A stretch of 64,000 bases of DNA from Opitutales bacterium (lineage in GTDB: Bacteria > Verrucomicrobiota > Verrucomicrobiia > Opitutales > Coraliomargaritaceae), in assembly GCA_049598495.1 (NCBI GenBank), contig JBMYNR010000005.1, positions 1-64,000 of the forward strand. Direction: 5' to 3'. Position 1 is the stretch's first letter, and every line of letters begins with the position of its first letter. Shown in pieces: positions 23,837 to 35,235 of the stretch. A model generated the notes under the pieces. That model was not told where the DNA came from. It was given only the letters and a program-made list of their open reading frames with translations, and ran no database searches. Made by a program: the position numbers and the translations under genes.

Positions 23837-24666
23837 GGGAGGTAATGGTTGAGGGTTTGCCAGTCTTCAAGAGGTAGATCTTCGGGGCGTATGGTTGGCG
23901 TAACGCCATGGTCTATCAGTGAATTAAACCAGTCAAGTGCTTCTGGTGCGGCGTCTTTCCGGCATAGTGCGCCCAATTGCTTGCGCCGCTGGGTGAAGAT
24001 GCGCCGGATGCAGTTTCGTGCTTCCGTTGTGAAACTCAGGGCGTTTTTCTTACGGTCGAGTCGTAGTAATATAGAGTCAACCTTTGGTGCTGGGTGGAAG
24101 CACTGAGCCTTTACCAAATGTGTGCTGTGAACTTCGAACGCAGACTGGAGAAAGATCGAAATGGCGCCGAAGGTTTTGCTGCCATGTGCAGCGGCATATC
24201 GATCGCCCGCTTCTTTTTGCAACATGAGCACCATCCGTTCGGGCAGAGGCCCCGCAATAACCGCCTCCATCCACGGGGTAGAGACTGCGTAAGGAAGGTT
24301 GGCGACGATCTTGTAGGAAGTTTCAGTTTGTTCAGCAGGGAAACCGGCGATTGGGTGATCCAGACAATCGCCTTCGATGAGTTCTAGGTTCACATATTCG
24401 GGCATTACCTGCTTCCGGATATGTTTGGCCAAGGTGGGGTCTCGCTCGACGGCCCAGAGCTTTGCGCCCGTGGCTAGAATGGCCCGGGTCAAGGTGCCTA
24501 GCCCCGGGCCGACTTCGATAACCTTGCTCTCCGAGTCGAGCTCGGCCAGTTCGATCGATTTGCGCACGATATTGCCATCAATTAGAAAATTCTGTCCCAG
24601 CTTCTTGTTGGGCAGGTGCTCTAAACCCTCGAGGAGCTCTCTGGTTGCTGTGGGGCTGAGCGGCAT
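23833..24666 (-). CDS. rsmA: 16S rRNA adenine dimethyltransferase
   Basis: KKLGQNFL, EVGPGLGTLT, VANLPY, MLQKE, F.PAPKVDS, QRRK. Confidence 0.96.
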   Translation of the reverse strand: MPLSPTATRELLEGLEHLPNKKLGQNFLIDGNIVRKSIELAELDSESKVIEVGPGLGTLTRAILATGAKLWAVERDPTLAKHIRKQVMPEYVNLELIEGDCLDHPIAGFPAEQTETSYKIVANLPYAVSTPWMEAVIAGPLPERMVLMLQKEAGDRYAAAHGSKTFGAISIFLQSAFEVHSTHLVKAQCFHPAPKVDSILLRLDRKKNALSFTTEARNCIRRIFTQRRKQLGALCRKDAAPEALDWFNSLIDHGVTPTIRPEDLPLEDWQTLNHYLP

Positions 24667-24731
24667 AAAGGTGGGTGTGTTGTATTCTTGGATCTGAATG
24701 TCTTTTGACCTTTAGGCCCGCGTAGCTCGAT

Positions 24732-25529
24732 TCAAGCGTTGTGGAATGCGCTGACAAGCTCTTCGCTGTCTTCGGCCTTCATTAACGCTTCGCCAACAAG
24801 AATCGCATCGGCGCCACATGCGCGTGCGCGCCTTGCGTCTTCGAGATCGAAAATACCGCTTTCGCTGACTTTGACGATGCCATCCGGTATCTGAGGTATC
24901 AATGATTCGGATACGGATAGGTCGGTTTTGAAACGCTTGAGGTCACGGTTATTCACGCCGACGATCTCCGGGCTGAATTGTAGGGCTTTCTCCAATTCGC
25001 GCTCTTCATGGATTTCGTAAAGGATATCGAGGCCGGCAGCCTGCGCCGCATCACGGAGTGCCTTGATCTCGTCGTCTTCGAGTGCGCGCACAATAATGAG
25101 AATGCAGCGCGCACCGGCCTCAGCCGCCTCTAGGACCTGAATCGGGTGAATCATGAAATCTTTGCGCAGACAGGGCGTCGAGCGCTGGTGAGATTCAAGG
25201 AATTCGACTACATCCCATAGGTCCTGTAGGCTGCCGCCGAAATAGTCAGTATCTGTGAGAATAGAGAAACAGTCGGCTTCGGCGTTGGTATACTTGCGGG
25301 CTTGTTCCACCGCATCGAGTTGCTGATTGACGATTTGTCCGGCTGAAGGTGATTTTCGCTTAATTTCCGCAATCACCGATAGGCGATCTGTGCGTGCCAA
25401 TGCATCCAGGAAACTGCCACCTTGTTTTTGCATTTGTGCAAGGCGTTCTAGTTCCGTGTCGCGAACGGGGCGAATTAGGTTTTGATAGGCTCGCCGTTTG
25501 GCTGCCATTATTTCAGCGAGTTTATCCAT
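24732..25529 (-). CDS. trpC: Indole-3-glycerol phosphate synthase
   Basis: IAEIKRKSPSAG, SILTD..YF.G, LRKDF, GVNNRDL, SESGI, LVGE. Confidence 0.96.
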   Translation of the reverse strand: MDKLAEIMAAKRRAYQNLIRPVRDTELERLAQMQKQGGSFLDALARTDRLSVIAEIKRKSPSAGQIVNQQLDAVEQARKYTNAEADCFSILTDTDYFGGSLQDLWDVVEFLESHQRSTPCLRKDFMIHPIQVLEAAEAGARCILIIVRALEDDEIKALRDAAQAAGLDILYEIHEERELEKALQFSPEIVGVNNRDLKRFKTDLSVSESLIPQIPDGIVKVSESGIFDLEDARRARACGADAILVGEALMKAEDSEELVSAFHNA

Positions 25530-25822
25530 GTGTAAATGAGCTCTGCCTTATAGGCAGGCCATCAAAATTACGTTTTCAGCGATAAGATCAAGACAGGGTT
25601 TTCGAGGCGGTTTGTTAGACATTTTATCTCGATTCGATTTGGTATAGGCCAAGAAAAAGGTTCCCTCGTCGAAGTCAGGGGAAGGGTCGCTAGCAGCAAG
25701 CGGCCTTAGCAAGTTAGGGCCCTACAAAATGATTGTTTTCGCAGGGCTCGACCTCGGTCGATGCCGAGTCGGCTGCCGCAATGCAATTTGATCGTTCCCT
25801 GGGAAATGACGATGAACCAATA

Positions 25823-25851
25823 AAAAGCCGCCCCGTATTGAGGCGGCTTTT
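25823..25851. terminator. Intrinsic terminator (bidirectional-type) downstream of sod
   Basis: AAAAGCCGCC-CCGTATTGA-GGCGGCTTTT hairpin flanked by A and T runs. Confidence 0.75.
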
Positions 25852-25891
25852 GGAAATTAGAGCGATGAAGGTCAATTATTCCGTGCACTCC

Positions 25892-26518
25892 CTAGACTTT
25901 TGCAGCTTTGTAATTTTCTTCGGCTGCGTTCCAGTCGACTACGTTCCAGAATGCTTCGATATACTTCGGGCGAAGGTTCTGATATTTGAGGTAGTAAGCG
26001 TGCTCCCAAACGTCGAGGCCGATGACAGGGGTGCCTTCAACCTCAGCGACGCCGGACATACATGGGCAGTCTTGGTTAGGAGTCGATGTTACCGCAAGCG
26101 ATCCATCTGCCTTCACGACGAGCCATGCCCAACCGGAGCCGAAGCGGGTCGCACCCGCCTTGGCGAATGCTTCCTTAAAGGTGTCGAAGCCACCCAGTTC
26201 TGCGTCGATGGCAGCAGCGAGTTCACCTACGGGTGAACCGCCGCCGTTCGGGCTAAGGATTTTCCAGAAGAAGCTGTGGTTTGCATGCCCACCGCCATTG
26301 TTGCGGACCGCGCCTTGCTTGTCTGCCGGGAGGGCGGAAAGATCACCGATTAGTTCGCAGACGGACTTGCCCTCTAGTTCAGTGCCGGCGATGGCGTTGT
26401 TTAGATTCGTGATGTAGGTATTGTGGTGCTTGCTGTGATGGATTTCCATCGTGCGTGCATCGAAATGTGGTTCCAGCGCATCATAAGCGTAGGGAAGGTC
26501 GGGTAGTTCGTGTGCCAT
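25892..26518 (-). CDS. sodA: Superoxide dismutase (Mn-type signature)
   Basis: [43 protein letters not shown]. The GGG and QD positions favour Mn over Fe. Confidence 0.92.
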   Translation of the reverse strand: MAHELPDLPYAYDALEPHFDARTMEIHHSKHHNTYITNLNNAIAGTELEGKSVCELIGDLSALPADKQGAVRNNGGGHANHSFFWKILSPNGGGSPVGELAAAIDAELGGFDTFKEAFAKAGATRFGSGWAWLVVKADGSLAVTSTPNQDCPCMSGVAEVEGTPVIGLDVWEHAYYLKYQNLRPKYIEAFWNVVDWNAAEENYKAAKV

Positions 26519-26603
26519 AACTTGTGTGATTAGTGATTTTGAGTGAAAGTTGAGGAGTTTGCTTGAATTGACAAGCCGTGTCAAATGGCCGCTTTAAGAA
26601 TCA

Positions 26604-27125
26604 TCATTTTTGTTTTTCGAGACGCTTCTTCTCGAAAAAGGCCTTTAATATCTCGTGATTCAAGGCTTCAAGAACACCACCGACGGATTCGAATTTGTGG
26701 TTGCTCTCCGGTAGGGAGCCAAGATCGATGGTCCCGCCAACGCAGCCCATTTTGGGGTCGGATAGCCCGTAGTAGACCTTGCCTATACGTGCAATGACGA
26801 GCGCACCTGAGCACATTGGGCAGGGCTCTTTCGTGACGTAGAGACGGCACTCGTTTAAACGCCAGTCTCCGAGAGCGATGGCGGCCTGCGAAATGGCGAG
26901 GATTTCCGCATGGGCGGTCGGGTCGTTTAATGAGCGTGATTGATTGTGGGCTGTGGCGATGATACGGCCTTCGTGCTCAATGACCGCACCAATTGGGACC
27001 TCATCTTTCTTCCATGCCTCAATGGCCTCGTTGTAGGCGTGGGTCATGTAATAGTCATTATTCCGATTGAGCTCAGAGGGGTGGAGCTTCTCGAAGGGGC
27101 ACTCAATTGGTTTGCTTTGTGACAT
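26604..27125 (-). CDS. tadA: tRNA adenosine(34) deaminase
   Basis: EVPIGAV, DPTAHAE, WRL, LYVTKEPCPMC, DPK.G. Confidence 0.92.
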   Translation of the reverse strand: MSQSKPIECPFEKLHPSELNRNNDYYMTHAYNEAIEAWKKDEVPIGAVIEHEGRIIATAHNQSRSLNDPTAHAEILAISQAAIALGDWRLNECRLYVTKEPCPMCSGALVIARIGKVYYGLSDPKMGCVGGTIDLGSLPESNHKFESVGGVLEALNHEILKAFFEKKRLEKQK

Positions 27126-27201
27126 GACGGAATTGTTGGCAGCGAGTGCTTTCTTGACTTTCAGGGCCAAAGCGATTGTGTCGCCGTTTTTTTAATTATC
27201 T

Positions 27202-27483
27202 ATGGCAAAAGCACAAAGCGAAGAATACGTCGAAGTCGAAGGCAAAATTGTGGCCGTTCTCCCGGGCACCATGTTTCGCGTGGAGTTGGCCAATGGTCAC
27301 CAGGTACTTGCTCATATTTCCGGTAAACTCCGCAAGCACTTCATCAAGATCACCACTGGGGATACCGTGAAGATGGAGATGAGTCCATACGATTTGGATA
27401 AGGCTCGAATCGTTTACCGCCTCCGTAACGCTCAGGTTCAGCGCAACGCGCCAAAGCGTAGCTATGGCCCGCGTCGCCGCTAA
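27202..27483 (+). CDS. infA: Translation initiation factor IF-1
   Basis: [39 protein letters not shown]. Confidence 0.97.
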   Translation: MAKAQSEEYVEVEGKIVAVLPGTMFRVELANGHQVLAHISGKLRKHFIKITTGDTVKMEMSPYDLDKARIVYRLRNAQVQRNAPKRSYGPRRR

Positions 27484-27664
27484 TCGAATGGCCTCGAGAG
27501 TCCCAACTACGAAGGTCTTCAGACAAAGGGTTGTGAATTCCATTTAGCTGCCAGTAAGGTGGATATGAATGCCATGGCAGGCGCTTGTTAAACGCTTGCT
27601 AAACGAAAAGAATCGGGCTGTTCTATTCGCTCTCTTAAACTTAGCCACATGACTACATCTTGCT

Positions 27665-28624
27665 ATGAGTAAAAAATTCGCCTCCATCACCGACACCGTG
27701 GGCAATACCCCACTCGTAAAAGTCAACCACACCACAGAAGGCCTCGCGGCTGACATCTATCTCAAGTGTGAGTTTTTTAATCCACTTGCCAGTGTGAAGG
27801 ATCGTATCGGTAAGGCGATGATCGAAGCGGCCGAGCGCGACGGTAAGTTGAACGCTAACAGTATCGTTATTGAGCCGACTTCTGGTAATACGGGTATCGC
27901 GCTTGCCTTCGTTTGTGCGGCCAAGGGTTACAAGTTGATTCTGACTATGCCGGAGACCATGTCGGTGGAACGTCGTGTGCTCTTGCGGATGCTGGGTGCC
28001 GAGATTGTTTTGACCCCAGGACCCAAGGGGATGCCAGGTGCTATCGCGCGGGCGGCAGAGCTTGTCGAGGAATACGGTGAGAATGCTTTTATGCCACAAC
28101 AATTCGAGAATCCGGCCAACCCGGAGGTCCATCGCCAGACAACGGCGGAAGAGATCTGGGCCGCGACCGATGGGGGGATTGATGCCTTTGTGGCCGGTGT
28201 CGGCACTGGCGGAACGATCACAGGTGTTTCCGAAGTGATCAAATCGCGCAAAGATCTTTACACTGTGGCGGTTGAGCCAGAGGCAAGCCCGGTTATTTCG
28301 GGTGGCCAACCGGGCCCTCACAAGATCCAGGGGATCGGTGCGGGATTCATCCCGAAGAACTGCAACACGGATATCATCGATGACGTGATTCAGGTTTCCA
28401 ATGAAGATGCCTTCACCACGGCACAGGCGCTCGCAGAGAAAGACGGCATCCTTGGCGGGATCTCGACAGGTGCGAATGTATTTGCGGCCATGCAACTGGC
28501 GAAGCGCCCGGAGATGGCGGGCAAAACGATTGTAACCATTGGCTGCTCGTTCGGTGAGCGTTATTTGTCCACTCCGCTTGCGGAGAAAGCCCGCGAGGAG
28601 ATGATGGCAGCGACCGCCAGTTAA
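27665..28624 (+). CDS. cysK: Cysteine synthase A
   Basis: [15 protein letters not shown] (PLP Lys), [31 protein letters not shown]. Confidence 0.97.
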   Translation: MSKKFASITDTVGNTPLVKVNHTTEGLAADIYLKCEFFNPLASVKDRIGKAMIEAAERDGKLNANSIVIEPTSGNTGIALAFVCAAKGYKLILTMPETMSVERRVLLRMLGAEIVLTPGPKGMPGAIARAAELVEEYGENAFMPQQFENPANPEVHRQTTAEEIWAATDGGIDAFVAGVGTGGTITGVSEVIKSRKDLYTVAVEPEASPVISGGQPGPHKIQGIGAGFIPKNCNTDIIDDVIQVSNEDAFTTAQALAEKDGILGGISTGANVFAAMQLAKRPEMAGKTIVTIGCSFGERYLSTPLAEKAREEMMAATAS

Positions 28625-28646
28625 TTAGTTAACGTAGATTTGCTAC

Positions 28647-28679
28647 AAAGCCCCGAATTCTCAGGATTCGGGGCTTTTT
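28647..28679 (+). terminator. Intrinsic terminator after cysK
   Basis: AAAGCCCCGAAT...ATTCGGGGCTTTTT. Confidence 0.85.
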
Positions 28680-28743
28680 GTGTTTGCCTTCTGTTGGTAG
28701 AAACGCTGAAAGTTCGGCCTCTTGTCATACCAACCAGTAAATT

Positions 28744-29718
28744 ATGTCGATCCAATCCAAGTTAATCCTCCCCGGTGCTGTCCTAAGCACTTTCTTTCTC
28801 TCCGGCTGCGGTGGAGGCGTTAGCGATGCCCCCGAAGAAGCGGCGGGTTCTGTGATCCCGGATGAGCCGGCGGCGGCGATCGAGACCATTACCAAAGAGC
28901 TGGCCGCCGGTAACGGAGGTATCCTCTGGGAGGCGATGCCTGTAAGCTACCAAAGTGATGTGAATAAGATCGCCCGGTTGGCAGGCTCAAAAGTCGACGC
29001 TGAGATCTACAATAAGGTCTTTGAGCTGGTTGGGCGTGTCATTGAAGTCGCGGACAAGCAAAAAGAGTTTATCTTCAACGCACAGCTCGGGGGGCCTCAG
29101 TCAGAGGAAGAAGTTGGGAAAATGCGGACCGCATGGCCCTCAGTCGTGGGCTTCCTCCGGACGCTTAAGACCAGTTCTCTGGCAAGCACAGCCGGGCTCC
29201 AGGCCTTTGATGGCAAATCCTTTTGCGAGGAAACGGTCTCCGAGTTGATCAAATACGCAGAGGATATCTCTACAATCAGTGGCGAGGAGCTGCCGCTCTC
29301 GGCCTACAACAATGTCGTGATCAAAGCGCTCGAGAGCACAGAGACCAGCGCGACGCTGGAGATAACTGCGCCTGATGGTAGTGTCGAGACGGAGGACTTT
29401 ACCAAGGTGGACAACCGCTGGGTGCCCGCAGAGATGGCCGGGGAATGGTCCACTTCAATTGCCAATGCCACAGAGCAACTGACAGCGATGGATCCCGAGC
29501 AGATGGCCCAGAATAAGCCGCAGATCATGGGCGTGTTCACGATGATCGACGGCGTTCTTACGCAAATCGAAGTAGCGGAAACTCAAGAGCAGTTTGACCA
29601 AGCTATCCAGGGAGCCATGATGCCGTTAATGGGCCTTATGATGATGAAGCAGGGAATGGTCGCGCCTTCCCCCGCTCCCGAAATACCTGCTGCGCCGGAA
29701 CTGCCGGTGGCACCGTAA
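28744..29718 (+). CDS. Hypothetical lipoprotein
   Basis: Signal peptide with lipobox FLSG-C; acidic helical body; Met/Pro-rich C-terminus. Confidence 0.7.
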   Translation: MSIQSKLILPGAVLSTFFLSGCGGGVSDAPEEAAGSVIPDEPAAAIETITKELAAGNGGILWEAMPVSYQSDVNKIARLAGSKVDAEIYNKVFELVGRVIEVADKQKEFIFNAQLGGPQSEEEVGKMRTAWPSVVGFLRTLKTSSLASTAGLQAFDGKSFCEETVSELIKYAEDISTISGEELPLSAYNNVVIKALESTETSATLEITAPDGSVETEDFTKVDNRWVPAEMAGEWSTSIANATEQLTAMDPEQMAQNKPQIMGVFTMIDGVLTQIEVAETQEQFDQAIQGAMMPLMGLMMMKQGMVAPSPAPEIPAAPELPVAP

Positions 29719-29739
29719 GCGAGTGCACGAATTCAAACG

Positions 29740-29771
29740 AAGTCGCCTGATTTGATTCAGGCGGCTTTTTT
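29740..29771 (+). terminator. Intrinsic terminator between convergent genes
   Basis: AAGTCGCCTGA-TTTGAT-TCAGGCGGCTTTTTT. Confidence 0.75.
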
Positions 29772-30576
29772 ATTGTTTGGCCAGTTCCAGTGACCGCGCT
29801 TTGGCGGCGGCAATGGCGCGGTCGACAAGCGCGCGTAGCCCACCATCCTCAAAGACCTGGAGCGCCGCTGCAGTCGTGCCCCCTGGCGAGGTTACCGCGA
29901 TGCGTAATTCCTCGGCGCTCGCATCGCTTTGATTGAGAAGTTTCGCTGCCCCGAGGACCGTGTCATATGCGAGCGCTTTTGAGAGTTCCGGGTTGAGGCC
30001 GGCAGCGGTGCCCGCCTCGCGCAAGGCTGCGGCAAACTCGAAAACGTAAGCGGGCCCGCTGCCACTGAGAGCTGTTACGGCATCCAGGTCGGCTTCCTCG
30101 ACGAGATGGAAGTTTCCGAGCGAACAGAGAGTATTGGTGACGATGTTCAGATCGCCATGGTTTAACTCTCTAAGGGGCGAGTAAGCGGTCACCCCAGCGC
30201 CGATCTGGCCGGGTGTATTTGGCATGGTGCGAACAATGTTGCGTGCCCCGGAAAATTTCTCACGGAGCCGTGATAGCGGTATGCCTGCGAGAATCGAGAG
30301 AACTAGTATGTCCTTGGTCGCAGCGACGAGGGCGTTGTCGAGTCCGTTGAACTGCTGCGGCTTGCATGCCAGCACGACGGCTTCCGCTTCCGCGATTGCC
30401 GCTGTAATGTCGGCGAAATAGAGAATGCCTGTCTGCTCTGCGAGGGCCGGGCCCGTTGGATCGTCACCACAGGTGCAGGCTATCTCCTTTGGTGCGTAGT
30501 AATTTTTTTCAAGGAGGCCACGGACGATGGCCGATGCCATACGTCCCGCTCCGATGATGACGATTCGAATGCTCAT
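29770..30576 (-). CDS. proC: Pyrroline-5-carboxylate reductase
   Basis: IGAGRMA, CKPQ, SILAG, RTMPNTP, TALSGSGPAY, VTSPGGTT. Confidence 0.96.
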   Translation of the reverse strand: MSIRIVIIGAGRMASAIVRGLLEKNYYAPKEIACTCGDDPTGPALAEQTGILYFADITAAIAEAEAVVLACKPQQFNGLDNALVAATKDILVLSILAGIPLSRLREKFSGARNIVRTMPNTPGQIGAGVTAYSPLRELNHGDLNIVTNTLCSLGNFHLVEEADLDAVTALSGSGPAYVFEFAAALREAGTAAGLNPELSKALAYDTVLGAAKLLNQSDASAEELRIAVTSPGGTTAAALQVFEDGGLRALVDRAIAAAKARSLELAKQ

Positions 30577-30582
30577 AGTGGT

Positions 30583-31695
30583 CTAAATGGGGTGTGTTAG
30601 GGTTGCGGTGACTCCGCCATCGGCATGCTCATTGATCTTCAGTTCTCCCTCGAGATTGCGAATCGTGTGCCGAGCAATCGTCAGGCCCATTCCGCGACCG
30701 ACGGCCGATTTGGTAGTGATGAATGGTTCGAAGAGCGTATCGGCGACTTCTGCCGGGATACCGCTGCCTTGGTCAGAGACCTGGAGTTCCAGCATGGTGG
30801 GGCTCTGTTCAACATCGATACGTGCTGACAGTTTGATTGGCCGCGACTCCTGAGAGGTTTCTTCTGTGTAGCTTTCCCAAGCGTTGATGAGAAGCCTGCC
30901 GAGGATACTTTCAAAGGTCTCCGCGTTGGTGGAGATGCGTTCATCATCGGTCAATTCAGTCTCGATCGTGATATTAGCTGGCACCTTATATTCCTCCTTG
31001 AAGCGCTCGACACTGTTTTCCAGGAGATCTTGAATCGTGAGGGCCGTGAGTTCAAGCCGTTCATTATTTGCGATGGTTCCAAGCTGCCGGATAATATTGA
31101 CCATACGGTTGATGGCGTGGTCCATCAGTCCGACGTTACGTTGAACCATATCAGGGCTGTCATGTCCGTTCTTTATAAGATCAAGATAGCCAACCACTAC
31201 ACCGAGCAGATTGTTCAAGTTGTGTGCGATTCCTTGTGTGATGGCACCGATCGCGGCGACCTTGCGTGCATCGCCGAGTCGTTCCTGAAGTTGAAGGTTC
31301 TGGCGGAACATCTCCTGTAGCCGAAGCTGCGTGCGGACCCGTGCGAGGGTTTCGTCGAGATCGATCGGCTTGGTTATGTAGTCAATCGCACCGGCACCGA
31401 GACCCTCTAGCTTGCCTTGTTTACTGGCCTTCGCAGTAATGAAGATGATGGGGATGGTTTCCGTTTCAGGATTGGACTTGAGTCGCTGGCAGGTTTCAAT
31501 GCCGTCCATTTCCGGCATCATGATGTCGAGAAGAATCAAGTCTGGCTTTGCCCTGCTGACGAGTTCCAGGCACTCACGTCCATTGTAAGCGACGTAAATA
31601 TCCATTCCCTCGCGCTCCAGTTTGCGCTGGAGGAGCTTAATGTTGATCGGTTGGTCGTCGACGACGAGGATCTTGGGTTGCTGCTTTTTGCTCAA
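30583..31695 (-). CDS. Hybrid response regulator receiver-histidine kinase (REC-HisKA-HATPase)
   Basis: LVVDD, LLDIMMPEMDG, DYITKP; H-box IAHNLNN; N, G1 (DQGSG), F (LFEPF) and G2 (GRGMGL) boxes; TTG start. Confidence 0.9.
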   Translation of the reverse strand: MSKKQQPKILVVDDQPINIKLLQRKLEREGMDIYVAYNGRECLELVSRAKPDLILLDIMMPEMDGIETCQRLKSNPETETIPIIFITAKASKQGKLEGLGAGAIDYITKPIDLDETLARVRTQLRLQEMFRQNLQLQERLGDARKVAAIGAITQGIAHNLNNLLGVVVGYLDLIKNGHDSPDMVQRNVGLMDHAINRMVNIIRQLGTIANNERLELTALTIQDLLENSVERFKEEYKVPANITIETELTDDERISTNAETFESILGRLLINAWESYTEETSQESRPIKLSARIDVEQSPTMLELQVSDQGSGIPAEVADTLFEPFITTKSAVGRGMGLTIARHTIRNLEGELKINEHADGGVTATLTHPI

Positions 31696-31833
31696 TACGG
31701 CTCGCGAATCTGATAGTTATGCGTCGACGCTGGTTTACGGCTTAGGTAGTCAACCGCGGACAGTAGGGATGATTGACCTGTTGGCAAAACAGAAAAGAGC
31801 GTCTTCGAGAAGGAGTTAAAGCCCGGATACTCT

Positions 31834-32487
31834 CTAGGATGTCTGCTCCGGATGGGAGAATTTTTCGTCGATCACAGCTGTGCGGCTGAGTAGGTCGTGC
31901 CCCATTTGCTTGCGTTTATTGAAACGTAGGGCGACTAGGGTCGCGATCATACCAATCGGGAAAAAGAGATAGATGGTTAGGGTCTTTAGGCAGCCTCGAA
32001 CAATGCCGGACATGATGGACGGGGGACTGAGTGTGACCGTGCTGACGCTCCGGATCCGACAAATTCGTTTGCCTAGTGAGGCACCTTTGAAGAGGGCTTC
32101 ACTAAACGCGAAGTAGACCCAGAAACAGAGCATTTGCAGCTCGTTAGCAAGTGTGATGGCTTCGGCAAGACTTCTGCTGGGTTTAGGCATTACCAAATCG
32201 GGATCACTCGGGACGGCTTTGGCCCAGTCGAGTATCGCGTGACTGTATTCGAGGTATTCGGTGAGGGCTGCGGGATGGGACTGGGGTAGGGCTACCTTCC
32301 AAATGATCACCGAACCAACGGCAGTGATGAGGATAAAATCAAGAAGGAAGGCCAGCGCCCTGAGTCGGATACTGGCCGGCGGCATAGGGCCATCTTTGGA
32401 AAAAACCGAGTTCAGCAGGCTGTCTGCGCTTGGGATCGCAGCTTTGTTGCCCTGTGGTTCCCGGGATTCATTTTCAGGGGAGCTCAT
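31834..32487 (-). CDS. RDD family membrane protein
   Basis: [31 protein letters not shown]. Confidence 0.85.
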   Translation of the reverse strand: MSSPENESREPQGNKAAIPSADSLLNSVFSKDGPMPPASIRLRALAFLLDFILITAVGSVIIWKVALPQSHPAALTEYLEYSHAILDWAKAVPSDPDLVMPKPSRSLAEAITLANELQMLCFWVYFAFSEALFKGASLGKRICRIRSVSTVTLSPPSIMSGIVRGCLKTLTIYLFFPIGMIATLVALRFNKRKQMGHDLLSRTAVIDEKFSHPEQTS

Positions 32488-33359
32488 GTCGATTGTGCCG
32501 CTTTAAAGGCGCGCAAGGTATTGTGCATGAGCATCGCGACCGTCATGGGGCCGACCCCCCCGGGGACGGGTGTAATGTGTGAGGCTCTTGGCGCGACTGC
32601 GTCGAAGTCGACATCGCCGACAAGTCGGTAGCCACGCTTTTTACTCGCGTCTTCGATACGATTAATCCCGACGTCGATCACGGCGACGCCGTCCTTTACC
32701 ATATCTTCAGTAACAAAATTTGCCCGTCCGATTGCCGCGATGAGCACATCTGCTTGTCGAGTGACGTCCGCTAAGTTTTGTGTGCGCGAGTGGCAGACGG
32801 TCACGGTGGCGTTGCCGGGGATGCCCTTACGCATCATCAGAAGCGCTGAGGGCTTGCCCACAATTTGACTGCGACCCAATACGACGACGTGCTTCCCTTC
32901 GGTCTCGATGCCGCTGCGCTGAATGAGCTCAACAATGCCTGCCGGCGTGCAGGCCACAAAACCGCTGCTGTCCTCCTGGCAGAGTTTGCCAACATTGAGG
33001 GTGTTGAATCCGTCCACATCCTTGCCGGGCAGCACTCGGTTGAAGGTCTCGGTTTCATCGATGTGCTTCGGTAGTGGCGCCTGCACCAGAATACCGTTGA
33101 CATCCGGGTTTGCATTGAGTGCGTCGATTTGCTCAAAAAGCGCTTCCTTGCTAATGTCTTTCGGAAAGATGTGAAGCTGGCTGCCCATGCCGATGCGCTC
33201 GGCGGTCCTCTGCTTCTTTTTGACGTAGGAAACCGATGCGGGATCCTCCCCAACGCGAACAACCGCGATGACCGGTTTCTTTCCGGGAAGCTGACTCACC
33301 TCAGCGGTCAGTTCTTCGATGATCGATTCTGCAATAGCGTTTCCGTTGATGAGTTCCAT
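32484..33359 (-). CDS. folD: Bifunctional methylenetetrahydrofolate dehydrogenase/cyclohydrolase
   Basis: [54 protein letters not shown]. Confidence 0.97.
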   Translation of the reverse strand: MELINGNAIAESIIEELTAEVSQLPGKKPVIAVVRVGEDPASVSYVKKKQRTAERIGMGSQLHIFPKDISKEALFEQIDALNANPDVNGILVQAPLPKHIDETETFNRVLPGKDVDGFNTLNVGKLCQEDSSGFVACTPAGIVELIQRSGIETEGKHVVVLGRSQIVGKPSALLMMRKGIPGNATVTVCHSRTQNLADVTRQADVLIAAIGRANFVTEDMVKDGVAVIDVGINRIEDASKKRGYRLVGDVDFDAVAPRASHITPVPGGVGPMTVAMLMHNTLRAFKAAQST

Positions 33360-33419
33360 GCGTCAAAAGAACGCGATGCCTCGCTCACTTGGCAACTCAA
33401 TTTCGAAAAAGAACGAGGT

Positions 33420-34631
33420 CTACGGAATGAGAATTCCGGCGATCGCCGCACTTGAGAGGTTGGCGAGGGTGCCTGCCAGCACGGCCTTCAATCCAAGGCG
33501 GGCGATCTCCTGACGCCGCTTGGGAACGAGACTGCCTAAGCCGCCAAGGAGGATGGCGATCGAAGAGAAGTTGGCGAATCCGCAGAGCGCGAAGGTGATG
33601 ATCGCTTGAGTGCGGGTGCTGAGGGTCTCTTGAACGGCGCCGAATTCGATGAAGGCCACAAACTCATTGACGACCAGCTTTTGCCCGATGAAGGAACCGC
33701 CCAGGGTCGCCTGCTCCCAGGGGATGCCGAGGAGCCATGCGATCGGGCTGAAGAGCCAGCCCAGAATCATTTGAAGGCTGAGCTCGTCAAACCCGCAAAT
33801 GCTTCCGCCCCAGTCGAGGATACCATTGAGCAGTGCAATCAAACCGATGAAGGCAAGGAGCATGGCACCAACGTTAAGCGCGAGCCGTAGCCCATCGGAG
33901 GCACCGCCCGCAGCTGCGTCGAAAACGTTGGCCGGTCTATCCGCAGGGTCTTCTGCCAGTTTGCTGTTGTCAGGGGTCTCGGTCTCCGGGATCAGGAGTT
34001 TCGCGAACATCAAGCCCGCAGGGGCTGCCATGAAGCAGGCGGCCAGCAGAAAGCGTAGCTCAATCCCCATGGCGGCATATCCCGCGAGCACGCTGCCCGC
34101 TATGGAAGCGAGGCCACCGACCATAACCGCGAAAAACTCGGATTGGGTCATCCTTCCGAGGTAGGGCTTGATGGCGAGGGGTGCCTCGGTTTGGCCAACG
34201 AATATATTGGCAGTCGCACTGAGGGACTCGGCACGACTCGTGCCGAGAAGCTTGCGGATGCTGCCGCCGATCATCTGCACTATGATCGGCATCACACGGA
34301 TGTAATAGAGCACCGAAATCAGTGATGAGAAGAAAATGATAACAGGTAGAACCTTGAAGGCGAAGATGAAACCGAGATTCTGTGAGGAATCACTCAGGCT
34401 GCCGAAGAGAAAGTTGATGCCGTCGTCGCCGTAGGCGATGACGGTCCCGACGAGGATGGAGAGTTTCTCGAGGGCAAGCTTGCCCCAAGGTATATAGAGG
34501 ACGAGAGCGCCGAAGCCGAATTGGATCGCCATCGCACAAAATATAGTTCGCCAATGAATGTCTTTTCGGGATCTTGAGCAGAGCCACGCAAATGCAATGA
34601 GGGCACAGTAACCAAGAAGACTTATCAACAT
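33420..34631 (-). CDS. nupC: Concentrative nucleoside transporter (NupC/CNT family)
   Basis: VLP.IIFFSSL, ES....[36 protein letters not shown]. Start taken as ATG 34631. Confidence 0.92.
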   Translation of the reverse strand: MLISLLGYCALIAFAWLCSRSRKDIHWRTIFCAMAIQFGFGALVLYIPWGKLALEKLSILVGTVIAYGDDGINFLFGSLSDSSQNLGFIFAFKVLPVIIFFSSLISVLYYIRVMPIIVQMIGGSIRKLLGTSRAESLSATANIFVGQTEAPLAIKPYLGRMTQSEFFAVMVGGLASIAGSVLAGYAAMGIELRFLLAACFMAAPAGLMFAKLLIPETETPDNSKLAEDPADRPANVFDAAAGGASDGLRLALNVGAMLLAFIGLIALLNGILDWGGSICGFDELSLQMILGWLFSPIAWLLGIPWEQATLGGSFIGQKLVVNEFVAFIEFGAVQETLSTRTQAIITFALCGFANFSSIAILLGGLGSLVPKRRQEIARLGLKAVLAGTLANLSSAAIAGILIP

Positions 34632-34748
34632 GGTGCGAGGGTGGTGTGTCGATTGCTCATTGGCAAGCCCGCTCACTCTGCCCACAAGCCCGCATTAACA
34701 CGATGAAAACGGCGGATTTCAGGTGTCGAAAAAAGTGAAATTAAGTAC

Positions 34749-34776
34749 TTGCGCAGAAAAACCGGAAGGCTACTTT
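34749..34776 (+). promoter_or_regulatory. Putative sigma70 promoter of the str operon
   Basis: TTGCGC-N16-TACTTT with an A-rich upstream region, ending 35 bp before rpsL. Confidence 0.5.
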
Positions 34777-34811
34777 CTCCGTCTTTCTCTAAATCCAGCG
34801 ATCCAATTTAA

Positions 34812-35186
34812 ATGCCAACAATTAACCAACTCGTTCGCAACCCGCGTGTTGTCCAAAAGGAAAAATCGAAGTCCCGTGCTCTGAATAAGAACCCGTTCCG
34901 TCGTGGTGTTTGTGTTCAAGTGATGACTCGTACTCCCAAGAAGCCGAATTCTGCTATCCGTAAGGTAGCGAAGGTTCGTCTGACGAACGGCATCGAAGTG
35001 ATCGCTTACATACCTGATGAGGGACACAATCTTCAAGAGCACAGCATCGTACTTGTTCGCGGTGGTCGTGTGAAGGACCTTCCCGGTGTGCGTTACCACA
35101 TTGTTCGTGGTACCCTTGACTGTGTTGGTGTCGAAAAACGTCGCCGCAGCCGCTCCAAGTATGGTGTTAAAAAGCCTAAGGAATAA
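34812..35186 (+). CDS. rpsL: 30S ribosomal protein S12
   Basis: [25 protein letters not shown]. Confidence 0.99.
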   Translation: MPTINQLVRNPRVVQKEKSKSRALNKNPFRRGVCVQVMTRTPKKPNSAIRKVAKVRLTNGIEVIAYIPDEGHNLQEHSIVLVRGGRVKDLPGVRYHIVRGTLDCVGVEKRRRSRSKYGVKKPKE

Positions 35187-35235
35187 GCGATCCCTTTTCT
35201 AACTTCTGAATTCTAGATTCTAACTTCTTTAAAAA

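Noticed and set aside
25733..26236. 167-aa + strand ORF overlapping sodA
   Set aside because: Mostly antisense to sodA, crosses a terminator hairpin and has no protein-like motifs.
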